DNA of 64,000 nucleotides, from positions 437,140 to 501,139 of the forward strand of contig NW_027192204.1 in assembly GCF_041956535.1 (NCBI RefSeq), in the 5' to 3' direction. Within the stretch, counting starts at the first letter, position 1; every line of letters starts with the position of its first letter. Made by a program: the position numbers and the translations under genes. Positions 12,618-26,572 of the stretch are shown piece after piece. Origin of the DNA: Calcarisporiella thermophila CBS 279.70. Taxonomy: Eukaryota; Fungi; Calcarisporiellomycota. The notes under the pieces were generated by a model. The model was not told the origin of the DNA, made no database searches, and saw nothing but the letters and a program-made list of their open reading frames with translations.

Positions 12618-13574
12618 CTACTCGCCCTTGATTTTCTTTTCCCAATTCCGTGCCCATTCCTCAAAGTTCCCTTGGGTCCGGTGCCAGCGGTCGAGCACCC
12701 CAAGAACGCCAAAGTTGGAATTGAAGGTGGCGTGGTGGTAGTCGTGCGCGAGAGGCGATGGCATCAGCGGAAGCACGAAGCCACAGTGGCTATTGATGGC
12801 ATTGGCCTGGCCGAGCACCACCCACGTCCACAGAAGAAGAATATGCGAGCGCATCACCAGCGGGCCGAGTAACAGCGGCAGGAGATTCGAAAGGATATGC
12901 TCTATGGGGTGACAGTAGATCGCAGCGATGCCGATGGGTGCGGTCAGCTCGTGATGCTTTTTGTGAATGGGTTTGTAAAGTGCCGTGGAGTGAAGCCAGC
13001 GGTGGCCATAGTAGAATCCAAGCTGAAAGTAGAGAGAGGAAGGAGAAAGGATTCAGGGTTAGCGACTAGGGGAGCAAAAAGGGAATGGATCTCGAAACAA
13101 ATGCTCTCTCACCTCTTCGATCACGAGAAACACAGAGAGTTGCCCCAGTAGCTCCAGCGTTCCAGGCAGATTTTTGGTATAGGAGTAGGTCCACCCAAAC
13201 CACTCGCTGATCGCAAAGAGGGAGGTGCCAAAAAGCGGAGCCACGATCAGTTGATTCACCAACACATTGCCCAAGACCTTCAGATAGAGATTCTTGTCAG
13301 GGATTTTGCCTGGCTGAATCTTGCGGCGCCAGAGGTACTTCGGACGCTGCCACAGATCAATGACGGCCATGGCGCCCACGTGGATCCAGTAAGTGACAAT
13401 CGTAAGAGGTAGCGCGGTAGCGAAAATTACATAGTGGGATTTATGTTGAGAGAAATTCATCCACCATTGCTGGACCCATGGCTGGCTGTAGAAGTAGGAG
13501 AGGGTGGTGATGAGGATGAGGGCGGGAAGGAGCACATCGGGCACCAGATTTGCAATTCGGCTTATGGCGGACAT
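12618..13574 (-). CDS. Fatty-acid hydroxylase/sterol desaturase family protein (FAXDC2-like); 2 exons
   Basis: His boxes HRWLH, HKKHH, H..HDYHH; YCHPIEH; NFG..G.LD.WH.T; transmembrane segments. Confidence 0.9.
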
Positions 13575-14014
13575 GATTCTCTGCGGTTTCCTTTCAAAAG
13601 GCTCTTTGCGCGCTGGAGGTTAAGTTTTTGGCACTTCTACCCCACTTTGTGCCTTGTTTTTCCTTTTAAATTCGGTAAGAGGCCCGAATCAGGCAGTTTC
13701 ATATGATGCTTGTGCCTCGCACCAACATCCAAACAGAACATATTCGCTTACAAAGCCTAATCCGAAATGCCCCTCTATTTTTTGGCCCCCCTTTATTCCG
13801 CCAGAATTGGCCTAAGATCAATGCGCATCAGTCTGTTACATATAGAGCGGACAGGTTAAGAAAAGTTAAATCTAGAGTAGGGCACAGTCATTAGTTATAT
13901 AGAATAAATTAGGAAATAAACACTTGAACACAATCCCCAACAACAAGGGCCCAAACTCCCCCTCCTCTCCCCATCGCCCTCTCTCCTCCCCCTTCCCCTC
14001 CCTAAGCCCACACG

Positions 14015-15750
14015 TTACTGGGAATATGCTGGCGGCGGGTCATTGTTCGGGGGCGCCCCAACAAGCAAAGGCTGCTGCCCCAACGGCTGGTGTACCGGCA
14101 AACTCTGTACAAGCCTTGGGATGTCCATGGTGAGAGCGTCGTCCACCTCGCTGAAGAGAACGTCCTTTCTGGATGCAAATCGGTCGAAATTGAAAGCCTT
14201 TAGAGCCTGTCTGTATCGTTCCACCTCGGGGAAATCTCCGCTGGCCAGTTGATGCCGCTGTTGGAGCTTCACAAACTCGGCATCCAGCCGCGCGATCAAA
14301 TCCTGCTGTTTTTTCTGCTTTCCAAACAACGGCATCTCCCTCCTCAGATGGGTCACGATGTAGGCATGGACTTTGGCAAGGCGGGCGCGCTTGACAATCG
14401 TGCTGATTTTGCGCAGAACGGTGTTGATGGGCAGGCGTTTCAGATCGGCGAGAAGCTCCATCTCCTCGTGCTGCAGCAGAGCACGCGCGTCCTCAAAACA
14501 TGGCTGAGGGCGCTCGACCCAGAATGAGCCAAGATACACACGAGGCACCTCGGGCGATCCCACCACCTTGCCCAGGGACCACATGAGAGCTCCGTATCTA
14601 TGGTAGAGAAGAAAAGGTGAAATGGCATGTTTAACAACAATACAGCCACAGCTATGTATTTTCTAGCCTCTGCTCACATTCGCATGAGTTGATGCTGCGG
14701 AACCGTGTCACACTTGTTAAGAATAACGCGCACCTTCTCCTCGTGCCCCTTGAGGCTGTCGATGGCCAGCTTGAATTCATTCGAGATATCCAACTTGTGC
14801 CCGTCAAAGAAGAGGAGAATCATGTCGGAACGTTCGATAAACCACTCGATGATCGCATGGAAATCATACCCGCGCTATGACGTCGAAAAGGGGGCAAGTT
14901 AAGCAAACGCCTGACAAAAGCCCATGCACTAAAAACTAATAGCCTTACATTGATTTGTTTATCGCCAGCGAGAATGCCAGGTGTGTCGATGAGGGTCATG
15001 TCTTGAAGAATTTCATTAGGCAATTGCGACACCTAATGCGAGCATGTGCTTAGTATTTCTCGACCATTATCAAGTAGGAAACGAAAATCTAAGCTACCTG
15101 AAAACGAGACAATAGTTGCTGACCAAATTTATTGAGCGCACCGAAAGGGAGATCAGAGTGGGATGCAGCCGCGTTGCCAGGGAGTACTCTTTCCTCGTTG
15201 GAATGCATTATGGCAATAAACCGATCGGTCTGCAGCATAAAAGAAAATTTAATACATTACATCCTTGGTGGACATCATTTCATTAAGCTTACAGTGGGCT
15301 CAACCCCGATATGTTCGCCAGGGTAGCTTTGGCCTAATAACCGCCGAATAAAGGTAGTTTTACCCGTTGAATACTGTCCCAAAAGCAAACTATTGCACCA
15401 ATGCAATCTCGAAAGCTTAGCAACCATACATCCAACCCCGAGCGAGCGGTGACAACTTACACCATGGGTTTTGCAAAAATGTCGGCATCCGTGTAGCTCG
15501 GCGATGCAAAAGCCGGAAAATTGTAGTGTGTTTCGATGGGTTTGATTTTGTTTTTATAGGTGCGAGCAATGGACTTGAGAACGGAAGTGAGCTGGCTCGC
15601 GGTGGGGGATGGTGTCGGAGGAAGGGAGGAATTCAATCTGGCCAGGCCATAGGATGCCGATGGGGAAGAGGAGGAGGAGGAGGAGGGAGGGGGGTTGGCG
15701 TGAAAATAGCTATTGGGGGCCGAGGGGTGAGGTTGTTTTAGCGAGGCCAT
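14015..15750 (-). CDS. EHD/RME-1-family dynamin-like ATPase lacking a C-terminal EH domain; 6 exons
   Basis: KPMVLLLGQYSTGKTTFI, GVEPTTDRF, PGNA, IDTPGIL, RGYDF, FDGHKLDISNEF, LNKCD, YGALMWSLGKV..PEVPRVYLGSFW, RLAKVHAYI. Confidence 0.93.
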
Positions 15751-16263
15751 GTTGGTAAAGGTATGAATGTATGAAGATAAATCTGCCAAGAAACTCAGCT
15801 TGGCCCAATTTATAGGAGACTGATCGGGACTGTTCAGCATTCTATTTTTCTGTTTAAGCCCTCTTTTCTTGACTCTTGAGACGGTTTCGGCAGGAAAGTG
15901 CATGGAGAATCAAGCGAAAAACCTCATCGAAAAAGCGAGGCTGGCCGTTATTTATTCCCACTGAGGCAGGAGAACAAAAATAGGCAGGGAGAATAGGAAA
16001 TAAGATAGATGGTGGTTGATAAAAGTGACATATGAACAGAATAGAAAGAGGAAACGAGTACATAAAATTGTAGGGGGGGGGAGTGAAATTTGCAAACGAC
16101 ATGACCATGAATGAGAAAAAATTGAACATAATCATTAGGAGTACTCCTCTACTAACGTCGTGAGATTGAATTGAAAAAAATTGAGAAAGAATAATATGCA
16201 TTTGATTAGTTATAGGGTGATTATAACGGTGAATTACTATTCGCCCTCTCTCTTATGAATAAA

Positions 16264-18081
16264 TTAAGCTTGAAGGGAGCCTAGCACGGAGACTAGGCGG
16301 TCATCACGAGGGATAAAGCGTACACGGTATGGGTTGGGCGCGAAGGCGAGACCACCCTCACCACCGTGGATATCCACCTCCTTGCCAATAACACTATCAA
16401 TGCGGAACGACCAGAGCAAGCGGGCAATGGCAAGGAACTAGAGAAGAGAACCCAATGAGTCATTTGATGGTAAAAATGGAGCCAAGAACACAACACATAC
16501 CAACTCCCTTTCCGCCAGATGCATTCCAATGCAGATACGTCGGCCGGCACCAAAGCCCCAGTGGTCACGAGATGCATTCGGGGCACCGTCCTTCTTGTCC
16601 AGGAACCGAGACGGATCGAAGGTGTACGGATCCTTGTAAACAGTACCGTCGAAGTGGATCGCATCCATGTTGAGCATTAGTATCGAATCCTTGGGGATAA
16701 AGTAACCGTTGTAGACATCATCCTCATTACAACTGTGGGGCACAGCTAATAGAAAGAGGTCGGATCAATAAGGTGGGATGGGGTGTATAAGATTTCATTT
16801 TGAACACGGCTTACCAAGGGGTGCAGGGGGACGGTACCGTAGAATTTCCTTGACGATGGCCTTGATGTAGGGCAGGCTGGCCTCGTCCTCGAGAGATGGT
16901 AGGCGGTCACGTCCGACGACCTCATTCAACTCCTTAAATGCCATCTCTTGGACCTCAGGGTAGTGGACCAGGACCGCGAACAGCCAGCATAGGGTGGACC
17001 CCACCGTCTCCAAGCCACCGCCAAGCAGCGCACCACACAAAAACTCCACGTCCAACTCGTCGAGTCCCTCTCGCTCTCCATTCTTCACGACATAAGCTGC
17101 AAGACAATTCGGCATCTCGGCCTCGCCCCGCTCGGCGGCCGCAATATCTTCGCGAACACGGCCCACCAGCTGCTTGAAGACCTTTTTCTCGAGGGCCACT
17201 AACCGCTTTGCCTTGGACATGATAGGGTTGGGGATATACTTGAGCAGCGGCACCATGTCGATGAGCATAACCTCGGGTCCACTGAGCGCGGTCAGCTCCT
17301 GGGTAAGTCTCAGGCTATCCTTGAACTCGGGGTCCTCCATCGTCTCGGCCCGGCGGCCAAAGATCACGGACATCATCACGTTCATCGAGAAGTGGCGGAA
17401 GCGGTTGGAGGGGTTGATCCCGGCGGCGGCTCCGTTCAACTTCACGTCGAGAAAGAGGTTGCGCAGAAGAAAGGCCGTCTCCCGCTCAATGACGTCGGCG
17501 TATTTGCTCACGGTGCTGGGGCCCAGGCCGCCTGCGTGGGCGAGTTTGCGGTGCTTGCGGAGGTAATCGCCGTAAGGGGTAGGGAGGAACCCGCGGCTGC
17601 CCGGCATAATGATATCGCACCAGAGGTGGAAGTAGGGTCGCGAAGAATAGCGAGCACCCCTGGTCTCAAACAAGTCGTGGGCCACTTTGGCCGAGTTGAC
17701 GATGATCATGGGGCGGCGGCACGTGGGCCCGAGGTCGAGGGCGAAGAGGGGGCCGAGGGCGCGGGACCATTCGGTGAATCGCTTTTCCGGCTGGACAAAC
17801 GGGGTGGAGAACACATGGCCGAAGATGGGCAGCCGGGGTGGGGACGGGAGAGGGTAGAGCTGCATTTCCGCCTTGGACTGGGTGCGCTGGTGTCTTGCGC
17901 TGCGCGACTTCTGCTGCTTTTGCTGCTGCTGCTTGAAGCTCCCACGGCGGAGCTTGGCAAAGAGTAAAGTGACTACGGCGGCCGTCAGGGCGAGAGCGGC
18001 CAAAATTGCGAGAGATGTCTCCATGCCCAGCTCCTGCCAGAACAGGGCGACATCGTCGATCAAAAGGGTGGTTCGATCCAT
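16264..18081 (-). CDS. Microsomal cytochrome P450; 3 exons; start could instead be the Met near 18024
   Basis: N-terminal TM, PPRLPIFGH hinge, I-helix GGLETV, EILR (ExxR), PSRF, heme motif FGAGRRICIG. Confidence 0.95.
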
Positions 18082-19978
18082 GGAAATGGGATTTCTTTTT
18101 CTTGTTTTTGGGATGATATAAATAGACTGCTATAGATAATAATTATAGGGCGTATATAATTTTTGGGTGCTTATGACAAAACAAAAGAGGCCTTATAGAA
18201 ATATATATATATATTTTTAAAAAACAAAGGAAATACAAAAAGGACCTTACACTTCCACGAGGAAGTCGTTGGACTAAAGGGACTTTGAGAAGTGAAGAAA
18301 GCAGCAAAGGGGGTGGGAACCCCCCCAAGTCTTATATAGCCGATGGCGGCTGGCATTCCCCCTTCTCCGCACCTTTAATCAACTCTAATACATAGCATTC
18401 AAGGTGATGCATTCTCAAGAAACTTGCCAATGCCTCCTAAAGCAGGAAAAATGAAAGCTTAATTGTCTTCTTCTATTCAAGGAACCAACGAGAGCGCACG
18501 ATCGAGCCTCCACCACCGTTCCAGGATTCAGCGCTCATCTAGGCCGAGCGGCTTTATTATTTCCCCCCTTCTTTTGTACACGAGGCTCCTTCCCTCTGCC
18601 CCTTTCCACGCTTTCTCATGTATGCATCGCCAGGCCAACCACTGTGGCTGACGGGGGTCAGAGCAGACGGGAACCGGTTAGGGTGTAGCTTTGTACGCCC
18701 AAAGAAGGGAAAAACTTGATCGCAGCCTAAGTTTATGGATGGAGGAAAATGATATCACCATTAAAAGATAAGGCGGCCATGGTTTCAGACCACTTGAATC
18801 CTATGCACACCGTGCTCCCCTAATTGAGGTCGGGCGATCCTCCTGGGCTTGGTGGGGGGAAGAGGGGGGGAGAAAAAGAGGAGCGGCGAGCATGCTGCTG
18901 CTGGATTCCCGTCCTCTGCACCAATGGGGAGGGCAGTGGCGGGAGGGAAAGATAACAAGGCTGCGTTCAGAAGGAGGCCATACCGCGATGGTAACCAGGA
19001 CATTATGTTGGATTATATGAAATTTCATTTTATTGTATAATATTTTATTGATGAAATTGATTAATATTCTATTATATTGATCTGGTTCGTGTGGACGTGA
19101 TAGGCTATATTTTTCTATTTCAATTTCCTTTTTCTCCTGATTTTCACACACACAATTAAACAAAAAAACCCCGTTCTTAAGCCCATGCTGGCTTGCATTC
19201 CCAGGTTCGATCGAAGGTTGGATCATTTGGCATCACATCATTGATTCTGTGTTTTGTGTAAATAACAAAACAGTTCCGGTTCAATCCCCCTAGATTCGCA
19301 GCCTGCAGGCCGCTAATTAACTCTAATGACCGGGCCCGCAACCAAGGGGGGTTAAATGGATGGAATCGGCTTGTGTTTTTTTCCGGCTGAGGGCTGCCGT
19401 TGGCACTATTGAACCTTGTTTAATTTCTATGGACCTATTCAACGCGGTACTCATACCTGCAGCAGCGCTGGTGCATGGCGCAGGCATCGGGCGTCAGGAG
19501 CGCGGTAGAGCCCTTTACACTTTTCTCTCGGCACAGCACCAAGCGATCCCTAACACCAAATTCTAATATATTTGACAAGACTTTCTTTACATATAATGAA
19601 CTCTAAGAGGCGGATCGCAACCCTAAGTGGCGGGATGCATTCACATGTCAACTCGATGCATTCCTTAAGGGTAGTGAGGATTGCTCTCTCCCTTGTCCCA
19701 AGCAAGGCACTCATTTAAAGTGGTCTCTAAATCTCGGCTGCAAGAACGGATGTTCTTGCTCCATAGAGTAAGCAAACCGGTTTTAGCGCAATAGGTCCAC
19801 CTTCCCCTCTCAACTATTTCACTCACAGTAGAAGGGAGCATTTGGCTTTAGGTTGGTCAACCATGCTGCAGGAAATCGAAGAGAGGGATTTTTTTTATTC
19901 ATAACCAAGGTTGAGAAAGCATGCCGAAAACTCGCTAGTAGGATAGTAGGATGAACGGGAAAAAAAAAGTCAAGCTCT

Positions 19979-20604
19979 TTATTTGTCATCCAGCGCAAAT
20001 ACATCCACGAATTCTCCTCTCCCGTTTTTCAGCCAAGCCGTCAGCTTCTCGCGTGCAAACTCTTGGAAGTCCCAGGTGTGCTCCTCAAGAAAGCTTCGGT
20101 CCGCGGCCCAAACATAAGTATAGGCCGGGAATGAGCCGGTGGAGGTGGAAACCGAGACTTGGACTCGGGCATATTCGTCCCCCTCATATCTGTCCAGCCG
20201 TTCAATATCCATATCTGTCAAACCCTCTGTTTTGTAAATAAAAGATGGTCTTCAGCATCTCTGCAGGTTTAAGCCCCCATGAATATACAGTACCAATAAT
20301 GACCCCCTCCACTGCTTCTGAGGCCTCCCCCTCGATAATGGCGGGGTAATCGGCCTGCTTGACCCGGACTCTCTTGTATCCCTAAAGAAGATTGCTAGTT
20401 TAATAACTGCATGATGGATTTCCGGATGGGTTCGGCTTGGTTTGGAAAGAATGGGAAATCTACCTGGAGAATCGCGGGCGAGCATTGGAGCGTGCTCAGC
20501 TTTGCCCTCCTCTCTGGACTGGTCCAGTGCTGAGGACACAGTACCATCTGCAGAACATCTTCTGAAATGAGCGTACCATATACAAAAAGCGAGATGGGAG
20601 ACAT
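19979..20604 (-). CDS. Gamma-glutamylcyclotransferase / AIG2-like protein; 3 exons
   Basis: LFVYGTL, GYKR..V...DYPAI, VEG, LDRYEGDEY.R, AYTYVW, WDFQEF. Confidence 0.9.
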
Positions 20605-20741
20605 GGATGAGACATCTAGTGGCCAATCCCCCTCGGAAGTCTTGGAAGAGATAAGAACTCGAAATCGCTGCGACCTAGGTTAGTGATGCGGATTCAAGCT
20701 CCGACTCTGATTTCCATGCCGCAATTTCATTTTTATTCCTT

Positions 20742-20781
20742 ACGCGTCCCAGAATCGTAGGTGTCATTTTCTATTACGCGT
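20742..20781. promoter_or_regulatory. Two MCB-like ACGCGT boxes (20742-20747, 20776-20781) upstream of kinesin-6
   Basis: Exact ACGCGT twice within about 70 bp of the ATG of a mitotic gene. Confidence 0.45.
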
Positions 20782-20807
20782 TGCTCCTTATATCTCATCG
20801 ACCAGGC

Positions 20808-23800
20808 ATGAAACGGACCACGCGTAGCCGTGCAAAACAAATGGCCGAAACCGGCGTCCCAACCACCCCCAGTGCTGCGCGCGCATCCCACGATTCAATA
20901 AAGGCGAGATCCAAGGGAGACCGAAAGAATGAGAGCGCACTGCAGAAGCGCGAACCACTCAAGGTACTTTGCTTTTGCGCTTGTTGGGATCCCCCTCCAA
21001 GTGTTCTTTTTTCTGCCTTTATTTCCCTTTGATTAAACATAACCCTTACGGTGACTCTGATGGGGCTGGTGCTCATCGTTAGGCCTACTTGCGCCTTCGT
21101 CCGTGCCCTTCAAATGAACATGAACGCGTCGATACCACCCCTTACCTTGATAGAGTGAGCGATACAGAGGTGGTCATGAATCCTCCCGAGGTAATGATCC
21201 ATGATACTTCTAAGGAGATATGGTCCACTCACATCTAACTCCCACTAAGCACTCTAATGCATACAAAACCCGGAATCGGGCTCCTGAACACTACCAATTC
21301 ACGCATGTCTTCGGCCACGATGCCACGCAACACGATGTCTTCCAGGAGACAGCACTGCCGCTTGTTCGCGGTGTGCTTAATGGCGAGAATGCCCTCCTCT
21401 TTGCTTACGGAGTCACGAATTCCGGCAAGACATACACAATCCAAGGGACTCATGAAGAGAGCGGGCTCCTTCCTAGAATCTTGGGTGCAGTGTTTCAGAG
21501 CTTGAAGGGGGTGCAGGGAGACTCTAGAATACGGCCTGTTCGATATAGCGATGTGGAGTTGGTGGAAGAGCACTGTTCAAATGAGGGAGACATGGGTAGG
21601 ATTAGCGATGGAGCTGGCAATGTAAATTTTCTTCCTTTCCTCCTCCTCCTCCTCCTTCTCCTACACGCCGGAAAGGGGGGTGGATAAGCTGCGTGACACT
21701 TACTCTGTCTTATGTTGACCGTTTTTGAATTTTAGTTGCTCCGCGACAGTCTCTCGAGTGTATTATTTAACGCTAAACTACCCGATATTCCAGAAGTAGG
21801 AGGTATGGCTTTATAATTTAAAACCGAGCTCACGTTTGAAGCTTGACAACTCACCCGACTCGCTGCTTTTCTCTCTCTCTTTCCTCTGGAATTTTAGTGG
21901 AGATCGATCGACGCTGCGAATATTCGGTGTGGGTATCCTACATGGAAATATACACTGAAAACATCTACGACCTCCTGGGGAATCCTCTGGCGCGGGTGGG
22001 GGATGGCCTGAAGCGTAGGGCCCTTTCCCTGAAAAATGACGCCAAGACCAACAACAAATACGTCCACGGCCTTCAGGAAGTCCGAGTGCGAACCTTGGCT
22101 GAGGCCTATGCCATCCTACGCAAGGGGCAGAGCAACCGTGCGGTATTCTCGACCATGGTGAACCAGACCTCCAGTCGAAGCCACGGCATCTTCACGGTGA
22201 AGATAGTACGGCTCCCAAGGGGGAGAGGGGAGGAGGTGGAGAACGCGGTGGTGAGCCGACTATCGGTGGTTGATTTGGCCGGGCTGGAGCGGGCCAAGAT
22301 CGCCCATACAACGGGGCAGCGCTTGAAAGAAGCGGGCGACATCAACAAGGGATTGATGGTGCTCGGGCAATGCATCGAGTTGCTGCGGGCCAACCAGCAA
22401 CTTCCCGAGGGAAAAAAGGTAAGCCCTCACTGTCGTTGATGGACTCCAAACATTCTTTCGACATACTAAGACCCACTACCGCACTAGCCGCTCTTGATCC
22501 CATTCCGACATAGCAAGCTGACCGAGATGTTCAAAGGCTCGTTCACCGGCGATGGCAATGCGGTAGGAAGCAGCTCTCTTCTCTTATGTTGTTGCTGCCA
22601 ATCCGTTGTTCTTTCGGAAAAGCTTATCGACTCTATTCTTTACTGATGTCCCCTTGTAGGTCATGATCGTATGCGTCAACCCATTCGACACTGGGTTCGA
22701 CGAGAATACCCGCGTGATGCGCTTTGCTTCTGTCGCCAAAAACGTCACAACCTCGAGGCGAACGCTATCACATCCGACATCACAGGCCAATCCGAATGGT
22801 AAGCTGTCCAACGGATCCTCAGGTAATCCTTTGAAATAGGTGGACTGACTGGAGCCGCTCAAATGCTAATGTGATTTCTGGCTTGAACAGTCACTTTGAT
22901 TGACGATGAGGAAGAAGATGACTACGAGTGTGACCCAATGGTGGACAACTTGCTGATCCAGCTCGAGGAGCTGCGTGAAAAGGTCTTTTTTGATTTTTTT
23001 TTACGCCAAATTACATTTATATTTACTGATATCCCTTATAATTATTTTTTTTGTGTGTGGGGGGGGGGATGCTATAGTATATAGAGGCGGAATGTCGATG
23101 TGCTACTATTGAGAACGATATACGCGAGGAGGTGTATCAGGAGATGGCAGATAAAATCCAGGAGATGGAGCAAATGTACGAGATGCGGATCCACCTCGAA
23201 GTAAGGATGGTTTTTTTAGTGTGCACTAGCCCCTGGAACATCCAAACTTATCCCATTCCCAATAGCGAAACTGGAACGAGGAAAAAACCGACAGAAAACT
23301 CGACATCTTCCTCAGCCAAAGGCAGAGCCAGGAAGATGGGGAGCCGCGAGAACCCGAGGAAGAGGCGGAGACGGCCCCGCAGCTGCGGGAAAAACTGAAA
23401 GGGCTGGAGAGGGAGAAGAAAGAGATCAGGCGGATCCTCATTCAGACGAAGCGGGATTTGGATAAAGAACGAAAACTGAGAGAAGAGCTGAATGAACAGG
23501 TGAAGTCTGGAATTGATTTGGAAGCGGCCCTGAAAACTTTTGTTTTAATCTGGATCTATGCCATTTTCTTGGATGCAGTTGGAATGGCTAGCAAGGGAGT
23601 TGGCGGATGAGCGCGCCATGCTCGAACACCTTAAGCGGGAGAATGCCCTCCATATGACGCGCATGGAACACAAGCTGGCGGCCGCACAAACCGACCTTCA
23701 GACCTCGCTTGAGCGCGAACGGGAGCTGGAGGAGCAAAACGAGGAACTCACTGCTCGTGTCCAGAAACTAGAGTTGGCGCTGCAGGGGGGCGCCGCCAAT

Positions 23801-24307
23801 CCAAAACGAGCGGCGGCAAGAAAGGCGCCAAAGCGAGCGTCGAACAGCGTCAAAGCCTCCGACGAAAACGCGGAAGGACCTAGGCGGCCGCTGACTCGGG
23901 TGTCGGAGGGCGTGGAGATGAACTGGAGTTTGCCGCTAAGAGAAGATCGCAATAGCCCGAATGTACGCAAGGTGAGCCGCAAGCCATCCTCATGCTACTG
24001 CATTTAAGGGTGGGGTTGGATGCTTACTGTGTTGAAACTCCTTTCAAAATAGCCGGAGCCCCTGTTAGAAAAGGACCTCAAGTCCCCAGGCATCGCACAT
24101 GCTCAGAAACGGTCCAGCACCACCCGAGAGAAAGAGGGCGAGAGGGAAGTGGTTGTGGATGAGAACGGGGTTTCCCATCCCCCCAAGAGCACTAAGAAGC
24201 GGAAGCTGAGGACCAAACCGGCGGTGGTTGAGGAGGAGATAGACGCCACGATCGATCCATCACCAGGGGGCGGAATGATGACACGAAGACGAAGCCGAAT
24301 GTCATAG
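20808..24307 (+). CDS. Kinesin-6 family motor (KIF20/KIF23/Klp9-like); about 12 exons
   Basis: AYLRLRP, P-loop FAYGVTNSGKTYTIQG, loop-6 insert, SYMEIY.E.IYDLL, SSRSH, DLAGLER, RLKEAGDINK, IPFRHSKLT, coiled-coil tail. Confidence 0.93.
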
Positions 24308-24756
24308 TGCGATAGGGTCTAGAGGTTTTTCCAATACTCATTCTAATTCTCATACCAATGTTTCATATCCGCGCCCCTCCTGTTTAGCCATTTCCTCCGC
24401 GTTCCTTTTTTTCGTGTAGTTTATTGTTATTATTACTCCCATATCCAATGCATTCGTCCGATATCAATATATATATGGCAAATATAGAGAGAGAGCTGCA
24501 TCCTCATAGGCTGTTTTCGTTCATTTCATATTTCTTTCAAGAGAAGAGAGGGTAGGAGAAAAAGAAATCTATTGCTCGCCTCCTTCACACATAGGAGAGA
24601 GAGGGAGGAGAAAATAAAAATAATAGTAGAAAGAGAGAGAGGAGAAAGGAGAAAATAAAAATAAAGAGAACAAGGCCAAAGCGATCCATTTTAGGTTTTC
24701 CAAGGAGAGAAAAAACAATATTACATCTTCTCCAGCTCATCGGCGCGGGAGATCAT

Positions 24757-25195
24757 CTATTTCTTCTCCTGGGACTCGAGGTAGGCCACCGCCTTCTCCA
24801 GATCGAATCCCGGGTCCTCTGGGTTCGTTATGATGCCACCCGCGGCGCGGCCCGCTTCCTCAGCCTTTCGTCGCGCATACTCGGCACGTCCCTTCTCAAT
24901 CAGCTCTTGTTTGTGTTGCCACTCGCGTTCGATGCGATGACGCTCCTCAGCGCGAGTTAGCGATGATCGGTGGTATGCACCATACACGATGCCGAGACCG
25001 AGAGCAGACCAGCGTGCTACCTGGATAATGAGCGGGAAGGAGGAAAGGGAGAGCATGATTAATCGAAGATAAGGAGATCATAACACTAAATATTTTTCCC
25101 GATGGCTTCGGGGATAAAAAAAATGATCCACTCCATCTCGATGGGGGAGGAGCAATCGACACTAACGAACTTACGTTGACAAGAGGCGAGACCAT
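24757..25195 (-). CDS. TIM11: Mitochondrial ATP synthase subunit e; 2 exons
   Basis: MVSPLVN|VARWSALGLGIVYG (GxxxG TM), coiled coil, ITNPEDPGFDLE tail. Confidence 0.9.
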
Positions 25196-26572
25196 CTTTC
25201 AGTGCGGTGTGTTTATTGTTTCTCTTTGAGCAAAATGCGATCTAGGTCAGAACCTCGAAGCAAACAAGAAAACATGGATAAGAACCGATCTGAGGCGCAG
25301 ATGGATGATAGCCGAGTGGGATAGGCACGGGATATCCAGAGAATTTCAAAAAGGGGCCTTTCCGGGTGGATTTCAATGGGGACTGGCTTTTGGGATTGCC
25401 TGCCCTGGCATTCTGCAGCCCCTCTCTCGCCTATTTCCAAAATCAGCCCTATTTCTCCCACTGCTGGGCACTCGAATGCGGAGTAATTCGGGCTTGACCG
25501 TAGACACGGTTGAGCCTGTTTGTCATCCGAGCCGGCGCCAATCGTGGCGAGTGAGCCCTAGTTTGTCTATGGCTTCCAAACAAGGGCTTGGCCGGCTAGA
25601 TCCAAGAGATTAAGGGCGATTCAGAATATGCTCGAACCTTAACCTTTTGCATAAACCATAATGAGGGCCTTAATGTTTATCCTTTGCATCTCGCTTGCTC
25701 TGGCGACGGCAGCTCGCTCCTCCAAGTGCGGCCTACCTCGGCTGCTGCCACGCCTCTGGGCAGGCGAGTGGCGGGAGAGCGCCCTACAATGACAAGGAAA
25801 GCCATGGCGAGCGTGGGGACAGACAAGCAAGAGAAGTGGGAGAGGAAGAGGATTAAGATTGTCGGCAAAAAGGAAGAGGGAGGAAAAACAGATTAGCCTT
25901 GGAGGCCTAGGATCCATTGAAGGAGCCTGTGGGAGAGAGAGAGAATGGGAAGCTCAGTGGATGACCGCAAGGGTGTCGGCGACGTATCGACCGGCCACAC
26001 GGGTTCTCCTACACGGGGGAAGAGAGCGCCTCTAGCCCCAATACGGAGTGCAGTGTGGCGCGGCGGAACAGGGGTTACGATGGAAGGGCGGAAGAGGATG
26101 GCTGCGGTGGTTGGCGACCCCTGGATCGCCGGAGAGATGCCGCGAGGGGGGATCGCGTAAGGAAACGCAGACGACAGGCGGTGACGAAAGCGCGCGCACT
26201 CACCCCCTCGCTATTATTAGTCATGGAGCATTTCTAATGGAAGGTTTATTTGTCAATTTTGGTGCGTCCTCCTTCCTCTTAACACGAACGGAAAAACCTT
26301 GGAAAATCAGAGTTCTTCGGCTGCCCGGACCACCGTATGCCGACTTGCCTTTTCGGCAGGCGAACCAATCCGCGGGCGGCAAGCCAGAGGTTTATTTCTA
26401 ATTTCCTAGGCGTTTCAGATTATAAAAAGATATAACCTTTTTTTTGCCATGTCAAGGAACACTTCTCTCGCTGATTCACCGCACCTCACCCTCTCTCTCG
26501 CTCTTCTCTCCCCATTTCTCATCTCCTCTTCCACGCCGCTCTTCACTTGTTCTGCCGAGATCTCTCCAGTGA

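Noticed and set aside
12618-20604. Biosynthetic cluster (hydroxylase, P450, GGCT)
   Set aside because: No backbone synthase, the run is interrupted by EHD, and the genes have ordinary housekeeping explanations
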